DNA of 64,000 nt from Escherichia coli (GTDB lineage: Bacteria > Pseudomonadota > Gammaproteobacteria > Enterobacterales > Enterobacteriaceae), in assembly GCF_030013205.1 (NCBI RefSeq), contig NZ_CP122648.1. One strand, 5' to 3'. The translations under genes and the position numbers were made by a program. The notes below the pieces were generated by a model. The model made no database searches. It was not told the origin of the DNA and saw only the letters and a program-made list of their open reading frames with translations. Numbering within the stretch: the first letter of the stretch is position 1; every line of letters begins with the position of its first letter. Below, one piece after another: positions 1 to 10,664 of this stretch.

Positions 1-1207
1 TGCCCGTTGTCGAAAGCCAACTGGTCAGATTGCTGCCGATGGTGGTTGTGATGCCGGTTTTTTTACCATCGCCAACAATCAATGCACCTACGCCGCTGGC
101 ATCTTTTTTCAGTGCAGCGGTGAGTTTGTCGGCATCCAGCTCCAGTTTGCCATCGCTGGGATCGGTCGTGATACCAATCTGCGCCAACGTTTTATAGTTG
201 GAAGAACTAACGGTATTACTCAGCATCGATTTCAACTGCGTCTGAATCGTCCGCAGCGTGGAGTCGCCGAGCAGTGCGCCATTGCTAGAACTCTGGCTAT
301 CAGCTCCCGCATCTACGGCGGTGTATTTGGTCAGGCTGCTGAAGGTATCTATTAGCGAGTTATAGGCATTCACCCAGTCTTTAATCGCCGTTTGCGCTTT
401 GGAGGTGTCCTGAGTGATGGTCAGCGTCTGGTTGCCCGTGGTGACATCGTTCAGGTTCAGGGTGATGTTTTCCAGCGCGTCGCTGATGGTGTTGCTGCTG
501 TTCTCGATGGCGACGTTGTTGACCGTCAGCTGCGCATTCTGAGCGGCGACCGAGACCTCCATGCCGTTGCTGCTGGCACTGGCGTCATAGCCCATAAAAC
601 TTTGTAGCGCATCATCACCGCTAACCGAGAGTGTCATCGCATTGTCAAGGCCGGTGTCATTTGATGTAACTGACAGACGATATTCACCGTTACCCACGTT
701 AATGATGCTCGCGCTAACACCCGCTTTTGCGTTGTTGATGGCATCACGGATCCCGCTTAACGATGAGTTAGCCGCGCTGATATCAATGGTAATCGGATCT
801 TTGTCGCCGCCTTGTTGAATGGTGAGTTTGCTGTCGCTGGTGGCGATCGCCGTTTTCGTATCATCTCTGGTGGTGCGCGTGGTCAGGGTTTGCGCCTGCG
901 CCAGATGGGTGACGCTGATGGTGTATTTCCCGGCGATGGCGTTACCCGCGGTGGTGGCACTGAACGCGGTGGTGCTGCTGGTAGTGCTGGTGGCGGAAAA
1001 AAGATCGGCTTTAGACAATGCAGTATTGGCGGTCTGGAAAGTCGTCAGCGCGCTTTTCAGCGTACCGTAGGCGCTAAGTTTAGCGGTAAACGACGATTGC
1101 TGATTTGAAATAGGGGTTAGCGTCGCTTTTTGCGCGGCGGTGAGGCTATCAAGGATTGAACTTAAATCCAGGCCTGACCCGACTCCCAGCGATGAAATAC
1201 TTGCCAT
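1..1207 (-). CDS. fliD: flagellar filament cap protein FliD, N-terminal part (3' end lies beyond window start)
   Basis: Reverse-strand translation from ATG at 1205-1207 reads MASISSLGVGSGLDLSSILDSLTAAQKATLTPISNQQSSF..., which I recognise as FliD; frame stays open to position 1. Confidence 0.93.
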   Translation of the reverse strand, partial: MASISSLGVGSGLDLSSILDSLTAAQKATLTPISNQQSSFTAKLSAYGTLKSALTTFQTANTALSKADLFSATSTTSSTTAFSATTAGNAIAGKYTISVTHLAQAQTLTTRTTRDDTKTAIATSDSKLTIQQGGDKDPITIDISAANSSLSGIRDAINNAKAGVSASIINVGNGEYRLSVTSNDTGLDNAMTLSVSGDDALQSFMGYDASASSNGMEVSVAAQNAQLTVNNVAIENSSNTISDALENITLNLNDVTTGNQTLTITQDTSKAQTAIKDWVNAYNSLIDTFSSLTKYTAVDAGADSQSSSNGALLGDSTLRTIQTQLKSMLSNTVSSSNYKTLAQIGITTDPSDGKLELDADKLTAALKKDASGVGALIVGDGKKTGITTTIGSNLTSWLSTTG

Positions 1208-1250
1208 GCGATTTCCTTTTATCTTTCGACACGTAAAACGAATACCGGGG

Positions 1251-1277
1251 TTATCGGCCTGAATTGCGCAAAGTTTA
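1251..1277 (-). promoter_or_regulatory. sigma28 (FliA) class 3 promoter for fliD
   Basis: Minus-strand reading gives TAAA-N15-GCCGATAA, a perfect flagellar sigma28 consensus, about 45 nt upstream of the fliD ATG. Confidence 0.7.
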
Positions 1278-1369
1278 CGTTTAATTGTTTTTTTTAATAG
1301 CGGGAATAAGGGGCAGAGAAAAGAGTATTTCGGCGACTAACAAAAAATGGCTGTTTGTGAAAAAAATTC

Positions 1370-1396
1370 TAAAGGTTGTTTTACGACAGACGATAA
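1370..1396 (+). promoter_or_regulatory. sigma28 (FliA) class 3 promoter for fliC
   Basis: TAAA at 1370-1373, 15-nt spacer, CGATAA at 1391-1396 (gaCGATAA vs GCCGATAA consensus), about 75 nt upstream of fliC ATG. Confidence 0.7.
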
Positions 1397-1472
1397 CAGG
1401 GTTGACGGCGATTGAGCCGACGGGTGGAAACCCAATACGTAATCAACGACTTGCAATATAGGATAACGAATC

Positions 1473-3260
1473 ATGGCACAAGTCATTAATACCAACAGCC
1501 TCTCGCTGATCACTCAAAATAATATCAACAAGAACCAGTCTGCGCTGTCGAGTTCTATCGAGCGTCTGTCTTCTGGCTTGCGTATTAACAGCGCGAAGGA
1601 TGACGCCGCAGGTCAGGCGATTGCTAACCGTTTTACTTCTAACATTAAAGGCCTGACTCAGGCTGCACGTAACGCCAATGACGGTATTTCTGTTGCACAG
1701 ACCACTGAAGGCGCGCTGTCCGAAATCAACAACAACTTACAGCGTATCCGTGAACTGACGGTTCAGGCTTCTACCGGGACTAACTCTGATTCGGATCTGG
1801 ACTCCATTCAGGACGAAATCAAATCCCGTCTGGACGAAATTGACCGCGTATCCGGTCAAACCCAGTTCAACGGTGTGAACGTACTGGCGAAAGACGGTTC
1901 GATGAAAATTCAGGTTGGTGCGAACGACGGCCAGACTATCACGATTGATCTGAAGAAAATTGACTCAGATACGCTGGGTTTGAATGGTTTTAACGTGAAT
2001 GGTTCCGGTACGATAGCCAATAAAGCGGCGACCATTAGCGACCTGACAGCAGCGAAAATGGATGCTGCAACTAATACTATAACTACAACAAATAATGCGC
2101 TGACTGCATCAAAGGCGCTTGATCAACTGAAAGATGGTGACACTGTTACTATCAAAGCAGATGCTGCTCAAACTGCCACGGTTTATACATACAATGCATC
2201 AGCTGGTAACTTCTCATTCAGTAATGTATCGAATAATACTTCAACAAAAGCAGGTGATGTAGCAGCTAGCCTTCTCCCGCCGGCTGGGCAAACTGCTAGT
2301 GGTGTTTATAAAGCAGCAAGCGGTGAAGTGAACTTTGATGTTGATGCGAATGGTAAAATCACAATCGGAGGACAGGAAGCCTATTTAACTAGTGATGGTA
2401 ACTTAACTACAAACGATGCTGGTGGTGCTACTGCGGCTACGCTTGATGGTTTATTCAAGAAAGCTGGTGATGGTCAATCAATCGGGTTTAATAAGACTGC
2501 ATCAGTCACGATGGGGGGAACAACTTATAACTTTAAAACGGGTGCTGATGCTGGTGCTGCAACTGCTAACGCAGGGGTATCGTTCACTGATACAGCTAGC
2601 AAAGAAACCGTTTTAAATAAAGTGGCTACAGCTAAACAAGGCACAGCAGCTGCAGCTAACGGTGATACATCCGCAACAATTACCTATAAATCTGGCGTTC
2701 AGACGTATCAGGCGGTATTTGCCGCAGGTGACGGTACTGCTAGCGCAAAATATGCCGATAATGCTGACGTTTCTAATGCAACAGCAACATACACAGATGC
2801 TGATGGTGAAATGACTACAATTGGTTCATACACCACGAAGTATTCAATCGATGCTAACAACGGCAAGGTAACTGTTGATTCTGGAACTGGTACGGGTAAA
2901 TATGCGCCGAAAATAGGGGCTGAAGTATATGTTAGTGCTAATGGTACTTTAACAACAGATGCAACTAGCGAAGGCACAGTAACAAAAGATCCACTGAAAG
3001 CTCTGGATGAAGCTATCAGCTCCATCGACAAATTCCGTTCATCCCTAGGTGCTATCCAGAACCGTCTGGATTCCGCGGTCACCAACCTGAACAACACCAC
3101 TACCAACCTGTCTGAAGCGCAGTCCCGTATTCAGGACGCCGACTATGCGACCGAAGTGTCCAACATGTCGAAAGCGCAGATCATCCAGCAGGCCGGTAAC
3201 TCCGTGTTGGCAAAAGCTAACCAGGTACCGCAGCAGGTTCTGTCTCTGCTGCAGGGTTAA
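1473..3260 (+). CDS. fliC: flagellin FliC, 595 aa, conserved N/C termini with long variable central domain
   Basis: ORF translation begins MAQVINTNSLSLITQNNINKNQSALSSSIERLSSGLRINSAKDDAAGQAIANRF and ends ...SVLAKANQVPQQVLSLLQG, the conserved flagellin termini; central region is T/A/G/N-rich and unlike the K-12 allele. Confidence 0.96.
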   Translation: MAQVINTNSLSLITQNNINKNQSALSSSIERLSSGLRINSAKDDAAGQAIANRFTSNIKGLTQAARNANDGISVAQTTEGALSEINNNLQRIRELTVQASTGTNSDSDLDSIQDEIKSRLDEIDRVSGQTQFNGVNVLAKDGSMKIQVGANDGQTITIDLKKIDSDTLGLNGFNVNGSGTIANKAATISDLTAAKMDAATNTITTTNNALTASKALDQLKDGDTVTIKADAAQTATVYTYNASAGNFSFSNVSNNTSTKAGDVAASLLPPAGQTASGVYKAASGEVNFDVDANGKITIGGQEAYLTSDGNLTTNDAGGATAATLDGLFKKAGDGQSIGFNKTASVTMGGTTYNFKTGADAGAATANAGVSFTDTASKETVLNKVATAKQGTAAAANGDTSATITYKSGVQTYQAVFAAGDGTASAKYADNADVSNATATYTDADGEMTTIGSYTTKYSIDANNGKVTVDSGTGTGKYAPKIGAEVYVSANGTLTTDATSEGTVTKDPLKALDEAISSIDKFRSSLGAIQNRLDSAVTNLNNTTTNLSEAQSRIQDADYATEVSNMSKAQIIQQAGNSVLAKANQVPQQVLSLLQG

Positions 3261-3303
3261 TCGTTGTAACCTGATTAACTGAGACTGACGGCAACGCCAA
3301 ATT

Positions 3304-3403
3304 GCCTGATGCGCTGCGCTTATCAGGCCTACAAGTTGAATTGCAATTTATTGAATTTGCACATTTTTGTAGGCCAGATAAGGCGTTTACGCCGCATCCG
3401 GCA
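3304..3403. repeat. REP/BIME element (two inverted REP units) in fliC 3' region
   Basis: gcctgatgcgctgcgcttatcaggcctac ... gtaggccagataaggcgtttacgccgcatccggca, typical E. coli REP palindromes. Confidence 0.75.
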
Positions 3404-3433
3404 ACATAAAGCGCAATTTGTCAGCAACGTGCT

Positions 3434-3457
3434 TCCCCGCCACCGGCGGGGTTTTTT
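3434..3457 (+). terminator. rho-independent terminator downstream of fliC
   Basis: GC hairpin ccccgccaccggcgggg followed by tttttt. Confidence 0.7.
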
Positions 3458-3499
3458 CTGCATGGAATTTACCGGTAACCCCCAAATACCCCCTCATTT

Positions 3500-3560
3500 C
3501 ACCCACTAATCGTCCGATTAAAAACCCTGCAGAAACGGATAATCATGCCGATAACTCATA
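3500..3560 (+). promoter_or_regulatory. fliA promoter region (expected class 2 FlhDC-dependent plus sigma28-type -10)
   Basis: GCCGATAA sigma28 -10 match at 3547-3554, 25 nt upstream of the fliA GTG; no consensus TAAA at the canonical 15-nt spacing, so exact architecture is uncertain. Confidence 0.4.
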
Positions 3561-3579
3561 TAACGCAGGGCTGTTTATC

Positions 3580-4299
3580 GTGAATTCACTCTATACCGCT
3601 GAAGGTGTAATGGATAAACACTCGCTGTGGCAGCGTTATGTCCCGCTGGTGCGTCACGAAGCATTGCGCCTGCAGGTTCGACTGCCCGCGAGCGTGGAAC
3701 TTGACGATCTGCTACAGGCGGGCGGCATTGGGTTACTTAATGCCGTCGAACGCTATGACGCCCTACAAGGAACGGCATTTACAACTTACGCAGTGCAGCG
3801 TATCCGTGGCGCTATGCTGGATGAACTTCGCAGCCGTGACTGGGTGCCGCGCAGCGTGCGACGCAACGCGCGTGAAGTGGCACAGGCAATAGGGCAACTG
3901 GAGCAGGAACTTGGCCGCAACGCCACGGAAACTGAGGTAGCGGAACGTTTAGGGATCGATATTGTCGATTATCGCCAAATGTTGCTCGACACCAATAACA
4001 GCCAGCTCTTCTCCTACGATGAGTGGCGCGAAGAGCACGGCGATAGCATCGAACTGGTTACTGATGATCATCAGCGAGAAAACCCGCTACAACAACTGCT
4101 GGACAGTAATCTGCGCCAGCGGGTGATGGAAGCCATCGAAACGTTGCCGGAGCGCGAAAAACTGGTATTAACCCTCTATTACCAGGAAGAGCTGAATCTC
4201 AAAGAGATTGGCGCGGTGCTGGAGGTCGGGGAATCGCGGGTCAGTCAGTTACACAGCCAGGCCATTAAACGGTTACGCACTAAACTGGGTAAGTTATAA
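3580..4299 (+). CDS. fliA: flagellar sigma factor sigma28 (FliA), 239 aa, GTG start
   Basis: Translation from GTG 3580 reads (M)NSLYTAEGVMDKHSLWQRYVPLVRHEALRLQ...; ORF-track N-terminal extension trimmed to the conserved start. Confidence 0.93.
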   Translation: MNSLYTAEGVMDKHSLWQRYVPLVRHEALRLQVRLPASVELDDLLQAGGIGLLNAVERYDALQGTAFTTYAVQRIRGAMLDELRSRDWVPRSVRRNAREVAQAIGQLEQELGRNATETEVAERLGIDIVDYRQMLLDTNNSQLFSYDEWREEHGDSIELVTDDHQRENPLQQLLDSNLRQRVMEAIETLPEREKLVLTLYYQEELNLKEIGAVLEVGESRVSQLHSQAIKRLRTKLGKL

Positions 4300-4344
4300 C
4301 GTCAGTAAATGCCGCACTTTAATTTTGACTACCAGGAGTTCTTA

Positions 4345-4896
4345 ATGATGGTGCAGCACCTGAAAAGACGGCCATTAAGCCGCTATCTTAAAGACTTTAA
4401 ACACAGCCAGACTCATTGCGCGCATTGCCGTAAATTACTCGACCGCATTACCCTCGTTCGCGACGGCAAAATAGTGAATAAAATCGAGATTTCCCGCCTG
4501 GACATGCTGCTTGATGAAAATGGCTGGCAAGTGGAACAAAAATCATGGGCGGCATTGTGCCGATTCTGCGGTGATTTACATTGCAAAACGCAAAGTGATT
4601 TTTTCGATATTATCGGTTTTAAGCAATTTCTTTTTGAGCAAACTGAAATGAGCCCAGGTACGGTGCGTGAATATGTCGTTCGTCTGCGCCGTTTGGGTAA
4701 TCATCTACACGAGCAAAATATTTCCCTCGATCAGCTGCAGGACGGTTTCCTTGATGAAATCCTCGCCCCGTGGCTGCCCACCACCAGCACCAACAATTAC
4801 CGCATTGCGTTACGGAAGTATCAACACTATCAGCGTCAAACGTGTACCGGACTTGTGCAGAAATCCTCCAGCCTGCCTGCTTCTGATATATATTAA
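4345..4896 (+). CDS. fliZ: flagellar regulatory protein FliZ, 183 aa
   Basis: MMVQHLKRRPLSRYLKDFKHSQTHCAHCRKLL... recognised as FliZ; ORF-track start at 4309 trimmed. Confidence 0.9.
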   Translation: MMVQHLKRRPLSRYLKDFKHSQTHCAHCRKLLDRITLVRDGKIVNKIEISRLDMLLDENGWQVEQKSWAALCRFCGDLHCKTQSDFFDIIGFKQFLFEQTEMSPGTVREYVVRLRRLGNHLHEQNISLDQLQDGFLDEILAPWLPTTSTNNYRIALRKYQHYQRQTCTGLVQKSSSLPASDIY

Positions 4897-4983
4897 ATAA
4901 GAATAAGATGTAGCGGAGTTGTTTTTGTGTTTACAAACAATGGCTCTACACTGCAAACAGACATAACAACATTCGGGGTGAAT

Positions 4984-6875
<1,892 letters not shown>

Positions 6876-6889
6876 CTCCGGAAACGCTC

Positions 6890-7558
6890 ATGCAAGAAAG
6901 TATACAGCTGGTTATTGATTCCTTGCCGTTCCTGCTGAAAGGGGCTGGGTATACGCTGCAACTCAGTATCGGCGGCATGTTTTTTGGCTTACTGCTAGGG
7001 TTTATTCTCGCGCTGATGCGCCTTTCGCCAATCTGGCCCGTGCGCTGGCTGGCGCGTTTTTATATCTCTATTTTTCGTGGTACGCCGCTCATCGCCCAAC
7101 TGTTTATGATCTATTACGGCTTGCCGCAGTTTGGCATCGAACTAGATCCCATTCCGTCAGCAATGATTGGTCTGTCGCTAAACACTGCCGCCTATGCTGC
7201 CGAAACGCTGCGCGCCGCCATTTCTTCTTTTGATAAAGGTCAGTGGGAAGCTGCTGCCAGTATTGGTATGACGCCGTGGCAGACCATGCGTCGCGCGATT
7301 TTGCCACAGGCGGTGCGGGTGGCGTTGCCGCCGCTGTCGAACAGCTTTATCAGCCTGGTAAAAGATACGTCGCTGGCCGCGACAATCCAGGTGCCGGAGC
7401 TGTTCCGTCAGGCGCAGTTGATTACCTCGCGCACGCTGGAAGTGTTCACCATGTACCTGGCGGCTTCGCTCATCTACTGGATCATGGCGACAGTATTATC
7501 GACGTTGCAGAACCATTTTGAGAATCAACTTAATCGCCAGGAGAGAGAACCAAAATGA
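6890..7558 (+). CDS. tcyL: L-cystine ABC transporter permease TcyL (YecS), 222 aa
   Basis: Polar amino-acid ABC permease sequence MQESIQLVIDSLPFLLKGAGYTLQLSIGGMFFG... Confidence 0.92.
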   Translation: MQESIQLVIDSLPFLLKGAGYTLQLSIGGMFFGLLLGFILALMRLSPIWPVRWLARFYISIFRGTPLIAQLFMIYYGLPQFGIELDPIPSAMIGLSLNTAAYAAETLRAAISSFDKGQWEAAASIGMTPWQTMRRAILPQAVRVALPPLSNSFISLVKDTSLAATIQVPELFRQAQLITSRTLEVFTMYLAASLIYWIMATVLSTLQNHFENQLNRQEREPK

Positions 7559-8307
7559 GTGCCATTGAAGTTAAGAACCTGGTGAAAAAATTCCACGGTC
7601 AGACGGTGCTGCACGGTATCGACCTTGAGGTGAAGCCTGGCGAAGTAGTGGCAATTATCGGTCCAAGTGGTTCCGGCAAAACCACGTTGCTACGCAGCAT
7701 AAATCTGCTGGAACAACCGGAAGCGGGAACCATCACCGTTGGCGATATCACCATTGATACTGCACGTTCATTAAGTCAGCAAAAATCGCTGATTCGCCAG
7801 TTGCGTCAGCACGTCGGGTTTGTCTTCCAGAACTTTAATTTGTTTCCGCATCGTACGGTGCTGGAAAACATTATTGAAGGGCCGGTGATCGTCAAAGGCG
7901 AACCGAAAGAAGAGGCCACGGCGCGCGCTCGCGAGCTGCTGGCGAAAGTTGGGCTGGCAGGTAAAGAAACCAGCTATCCACGTCGTTTGTCTGGCGGTCA
8001 ACAGCAGCGTGTCGCGATTGCGCGAGCGCTGGCTATGCGTCCTGAGGTGATTTTGTTTGACGAGCCAACGTCGGCGCTGGATCCAGAGCTGGTGGGCGAA
8101 GTCCTGAACACCATCCGCCAGCTGGCGCAGGAAAAGCGCACGATGGTGATTGTGACGCACGAAATGAGCTTTGCCCGGGATGTTGCGGACCGGGCGATCT
8201 TTATGGATCAGGGGCGGATAGTCGAGCAGGGGGCCGCAAAAGCGTTATTTGCCGATCCCGAGCAGCCTCGCACCCGCCAGTTCCTCGAGAAGTTTCTGCT
8301 GCAATAA
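7555..8307 (+). CDS. tcyN: L-cystine ABC transporter ATP-binding protein TcyN (YecC), 250 aa
   Basis: Walker A GPSGSGKTT, ABC signature LSGGQQQRV, Walker B ILFDEPTSALD; start overlaps tcyL stop. Confidence 0.93.
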   Translation: MSAIEVKNLVKKFHGQTVLHGIDLEVKPGEVVAIIGPSGSGKTTLLRSINLLEQPEAGTITVGDITIDTARSLSQQKSLIRQLRQHVGFVFQNFNLFPHRTVLENIIEGPVIVKGEPKEEATARARELLAKVGLAGKETSYPRRLSGGQQQRVAIARALAMRPEVILFDEPTSALDPELVGEVLNTIRQLAQEKRTMVIVTHEMSFARDVADRAIFMDQGRIVEQGAAKALFADPEQPRTRQFLEKFLLQ

Positions 8308-8535
8308 TAAGAAAAAATCAGCCCCGACGATTCACCTGTCGGGGCGGGACGCCATTTCAAGCGTAATAAAAGTGCTTAACAAATCAGCATAACTCATTAA
8401 AACATAAGAGAATGCGATGGCTTGCAAAAGTAATTCATTGCCTGAATAATATAAATTATATATAAATCTTATTTATGTGATAGTTTGAATTATCATTATA
8501 AATGATACTCACTCTCAGGGGCGTTGCGGTTTACT

Positions 8536-9258
8536 ATGCAGGATACGGATTTTTTCAGCTGGCGTCGCACGATGCTGTTGCGTTTTCAGAGGATGGAGGC
8601 CGCAGAAGAGGTCTACCATGAAATAGAGCTTCAGGCTCAGCAGCTGGAGTACGATTACTATTCGTTATGTGTTCGCCACCCGGTACCATTCACGCGACCT
8701 AAAGTGGCTTTCTACACCAATTACCCTGAGGCGTGGGTTAGTTATTATCAGGCAAAAAACTTTCTCGCAATTGATCCGGTGCTGAATCCTGAAAACTTTA
8801 GTCAGGGCCATTTAATGTGGAATGATGACTTATTCAGCGAAGCTCAGCCGTTATGGGAAGCCGCGCGCGCGCATGGTTTACGCCGCGGTGTCACTCAGTA
8901 TTTAATGCTGCCAAATCGGGCGCTGGGCTTTTTGTCCTTTTCCCGTTGCAGCACGCGCGAAATACCCATTCTTAGTGATGAACTGCAATTAAAAATGCAG
9001 TTACTGGTGCGCGAAAGTCTGATGGCTCTAATGCGTTTAAATGATGAAATAGTGATGACGCCAGAGATGAATTTCAGCAAGCGCGAAAAAGAAATTCTGA
9101 AATGGACGGCGGAAGGGAAGACATCAGCAGAGATAGCGATGATTTTGTCAATCTCTGAGAATACGGTCAATTTCCATCAGAAAAACATGCAGAAAAAAAT
9201 CAATGCACCGAATAAGACCCAGGTTGCCTGTTACGCGGCCGCTACTGGCTTAATTTGA
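8536..9258 (+). CDS. sdiA: LuxR-family quorum-sensing regulator SdiA, 240 aa
   Basis: MQDTDFFSWRRTMLLRFQRMEAAEEVYHEIELQAQQLEYDYYSLCVRHP... with C-terminal HTH; ORF-track start trimmed. Confidence 0.92.
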   Translation: MQDTDFFSWRRTMLLRFQRMEAAEEVYHEIELQAQQLEYDYYSLCVRHPVPFTRPKVAFYTNYPEAWVSYYQAKNFLAIDPVLNPENFSQGHLMWNDDLFSEAQPLWEAARAHGLRRGVTQYLMLPNRALGFLSFSRCSTREIPILSDELQLKMQLLVRESLMALMRLNDEIVMTPEMNFSKREKEILKWTAEGKTSAEIAMILSISENTVNFHQKNMQKKINAPNKTQVACYAAATGLI

Positions 9259-9285
9259 TCGCTTTTCTTTCTGCGTGCCAGATGC

Positions 9286-9324
9286 AAAAACCGGCTGAAA
9301 GGCACGCTCTCAGCCGGTTTTATA
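9286..9324. terminator. bidirectional rho-independent terminator between convergent sdiA and yecF
   Basis: hairpin aaaaccggctga...tcagccggtttt with flanking A/T runs. Confidence 0.6.
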
Positions 9325-9549
9325 TTACTGACGGTAGGCTTGTTTAATTTGCTTAACCGTTTTGGAAAATACTGCAGCCTGGGTTTCGTCTTCGATCAGC
9401 GCAAGCTGTTTTTCCATCTTTAACATCACGCGGCCCGCGTCAGCTTGTCCCATCGCCTGCAGCATCAGCGTCAGCATCGCTTTCAGGCAGGAGACTTCAT
9501 TTGCCAGTTCTTGATTATTCTCGGCAGTAGAAAAATCAGGCGTACTCAT
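9325..9549 (-). CDS. yecF: small protein YecF (DUF2594), 74 aa
   Basis: [74 protein letters not shown]. Confidence 0.85.
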
Positions 9550-10007
9550 TTATTTTCCTCGTCATGTTGCAATGAAAATTTGCGGTGAAAAATGTTAAGG
9601 CGGCGGAGTATACCATAAGCTTTGCTAAAAATAGCAGTGGTTGTTTTTTGAGCGTGATATCGGCAGTGCTATAAAATACGTTAATATAATGACCAATAAA
9701 TATTTTTATCATGAATGTTTTTTGCCCGTATTGTTCGGGTTAATTAATGTTACATATTCAGCGGGCTGATTTTCATTTTTGCTGAATAAAGTCAATTTTT
9801 GTCACATTTCATCGTAGGGCTTACTGTGAAACGATCCCGGAAGCCGTTGGTGACGGGCGTGACCATAACTGTGGACAATCGAATTTACAAAAACGAGAGA
9901 AAAATCGAATACCCACCATTTTTAACGTTTCAAAGTTGCAATAAAAACCGCTAATATACGAATGACTAACTATCAGTAGCGTTATCCCTATTTCTGGAGA
10001 TATTCCT

Positions 10008-10664
10008 TTGATCAACGTTCTACTTGTTGATGACCACGAACTGGTGCGCGCAGGGATACGACGCATTCTGGAAGATATAAAGGGTATAAAAGTCGTCGGT
10101 GAGGCATCGTGCGGTGAAGACGCCGTTAAGTGGTGCCGGGCAAATGCCGTTGACGTGGTGCTAATGGACATGAGTATGCCGGGCATTGGCGGTCTTGAGG
10201 CGACGCGTAAAATCGCGCGTTCCACAGCTGATGTCAAAATCATCATGCTTACCGTCCATACAGAAAACCCTTTACCAGCGAAAGTCATGCAGGCCGGTGC
10301 TGCGGGCTACCTCAGCAAAGGCGCGGCTCCGCAGGAAGTCGTGAGTGCGATCCGTTCTGTCTATTCAGGGCAGCGTTACATTGCTTCTGACATCGCTCAA
10401 CAAATGGCGTTAAGCCAGATCGAACCAGAAAAAACAGAAAGCCCATTTGCCAGTTTGTCTGAACGTGAATTGCAGATTATGCTGATGATCACCAAGGGCC
10501 AGAAGGTCAATGAGATCTCAGAACAGCTCAATCTCAGTCCGAAAACGGTGAACAGCTACCGCTATCGTATGTTCAGTAAACTAAACATTCATGGCGATGT
10601 TGAGCTGACTCACCTGGCAATTCGCCATGGTCTGTGTAATGCGGAGACATTATCAAGTCAGTGA
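10008..10664 (+). CDS. uvrY: response regulator UvrY (BarA/UvrY two-component system), 218 aa, TTG start
   Basis: (M)[43 protein letters not shown]... receiver plus LuxR-type HTH. Confidence 0.93.

Noticed and set aside
812-1108. Short + strand ORFs (812-1108, 819-1070, 392-607) inside fliD, and 2708-3106 (-) inside fliC
   Set aside because: Antisense or out-of-frame to confidently identified flagellar genes.
3418-3579. ORF-track N-terminal extensions (fliA from 3418, dcyD from 5793, araG from 20243, otsB from 22913, cheA from 29204, tar from 32497, flhA from 40168, torZ from 47534, yecN to 52322, znuA from 61721 and others)
   Set aside because: The extensions run into upstream genes or promoters and precede the conserved N-termini I recognise; starts were set to the conserved positions, several of them GTG or TTG.
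9550-10007. Possible LexA box upstream of uvrY/uvrC
   Set aside because: Only weak partial matches to CTGT-N8-ACAG (for example tactgtgaaacgatcccgg); not convincing without a position-weight-matrix scan.
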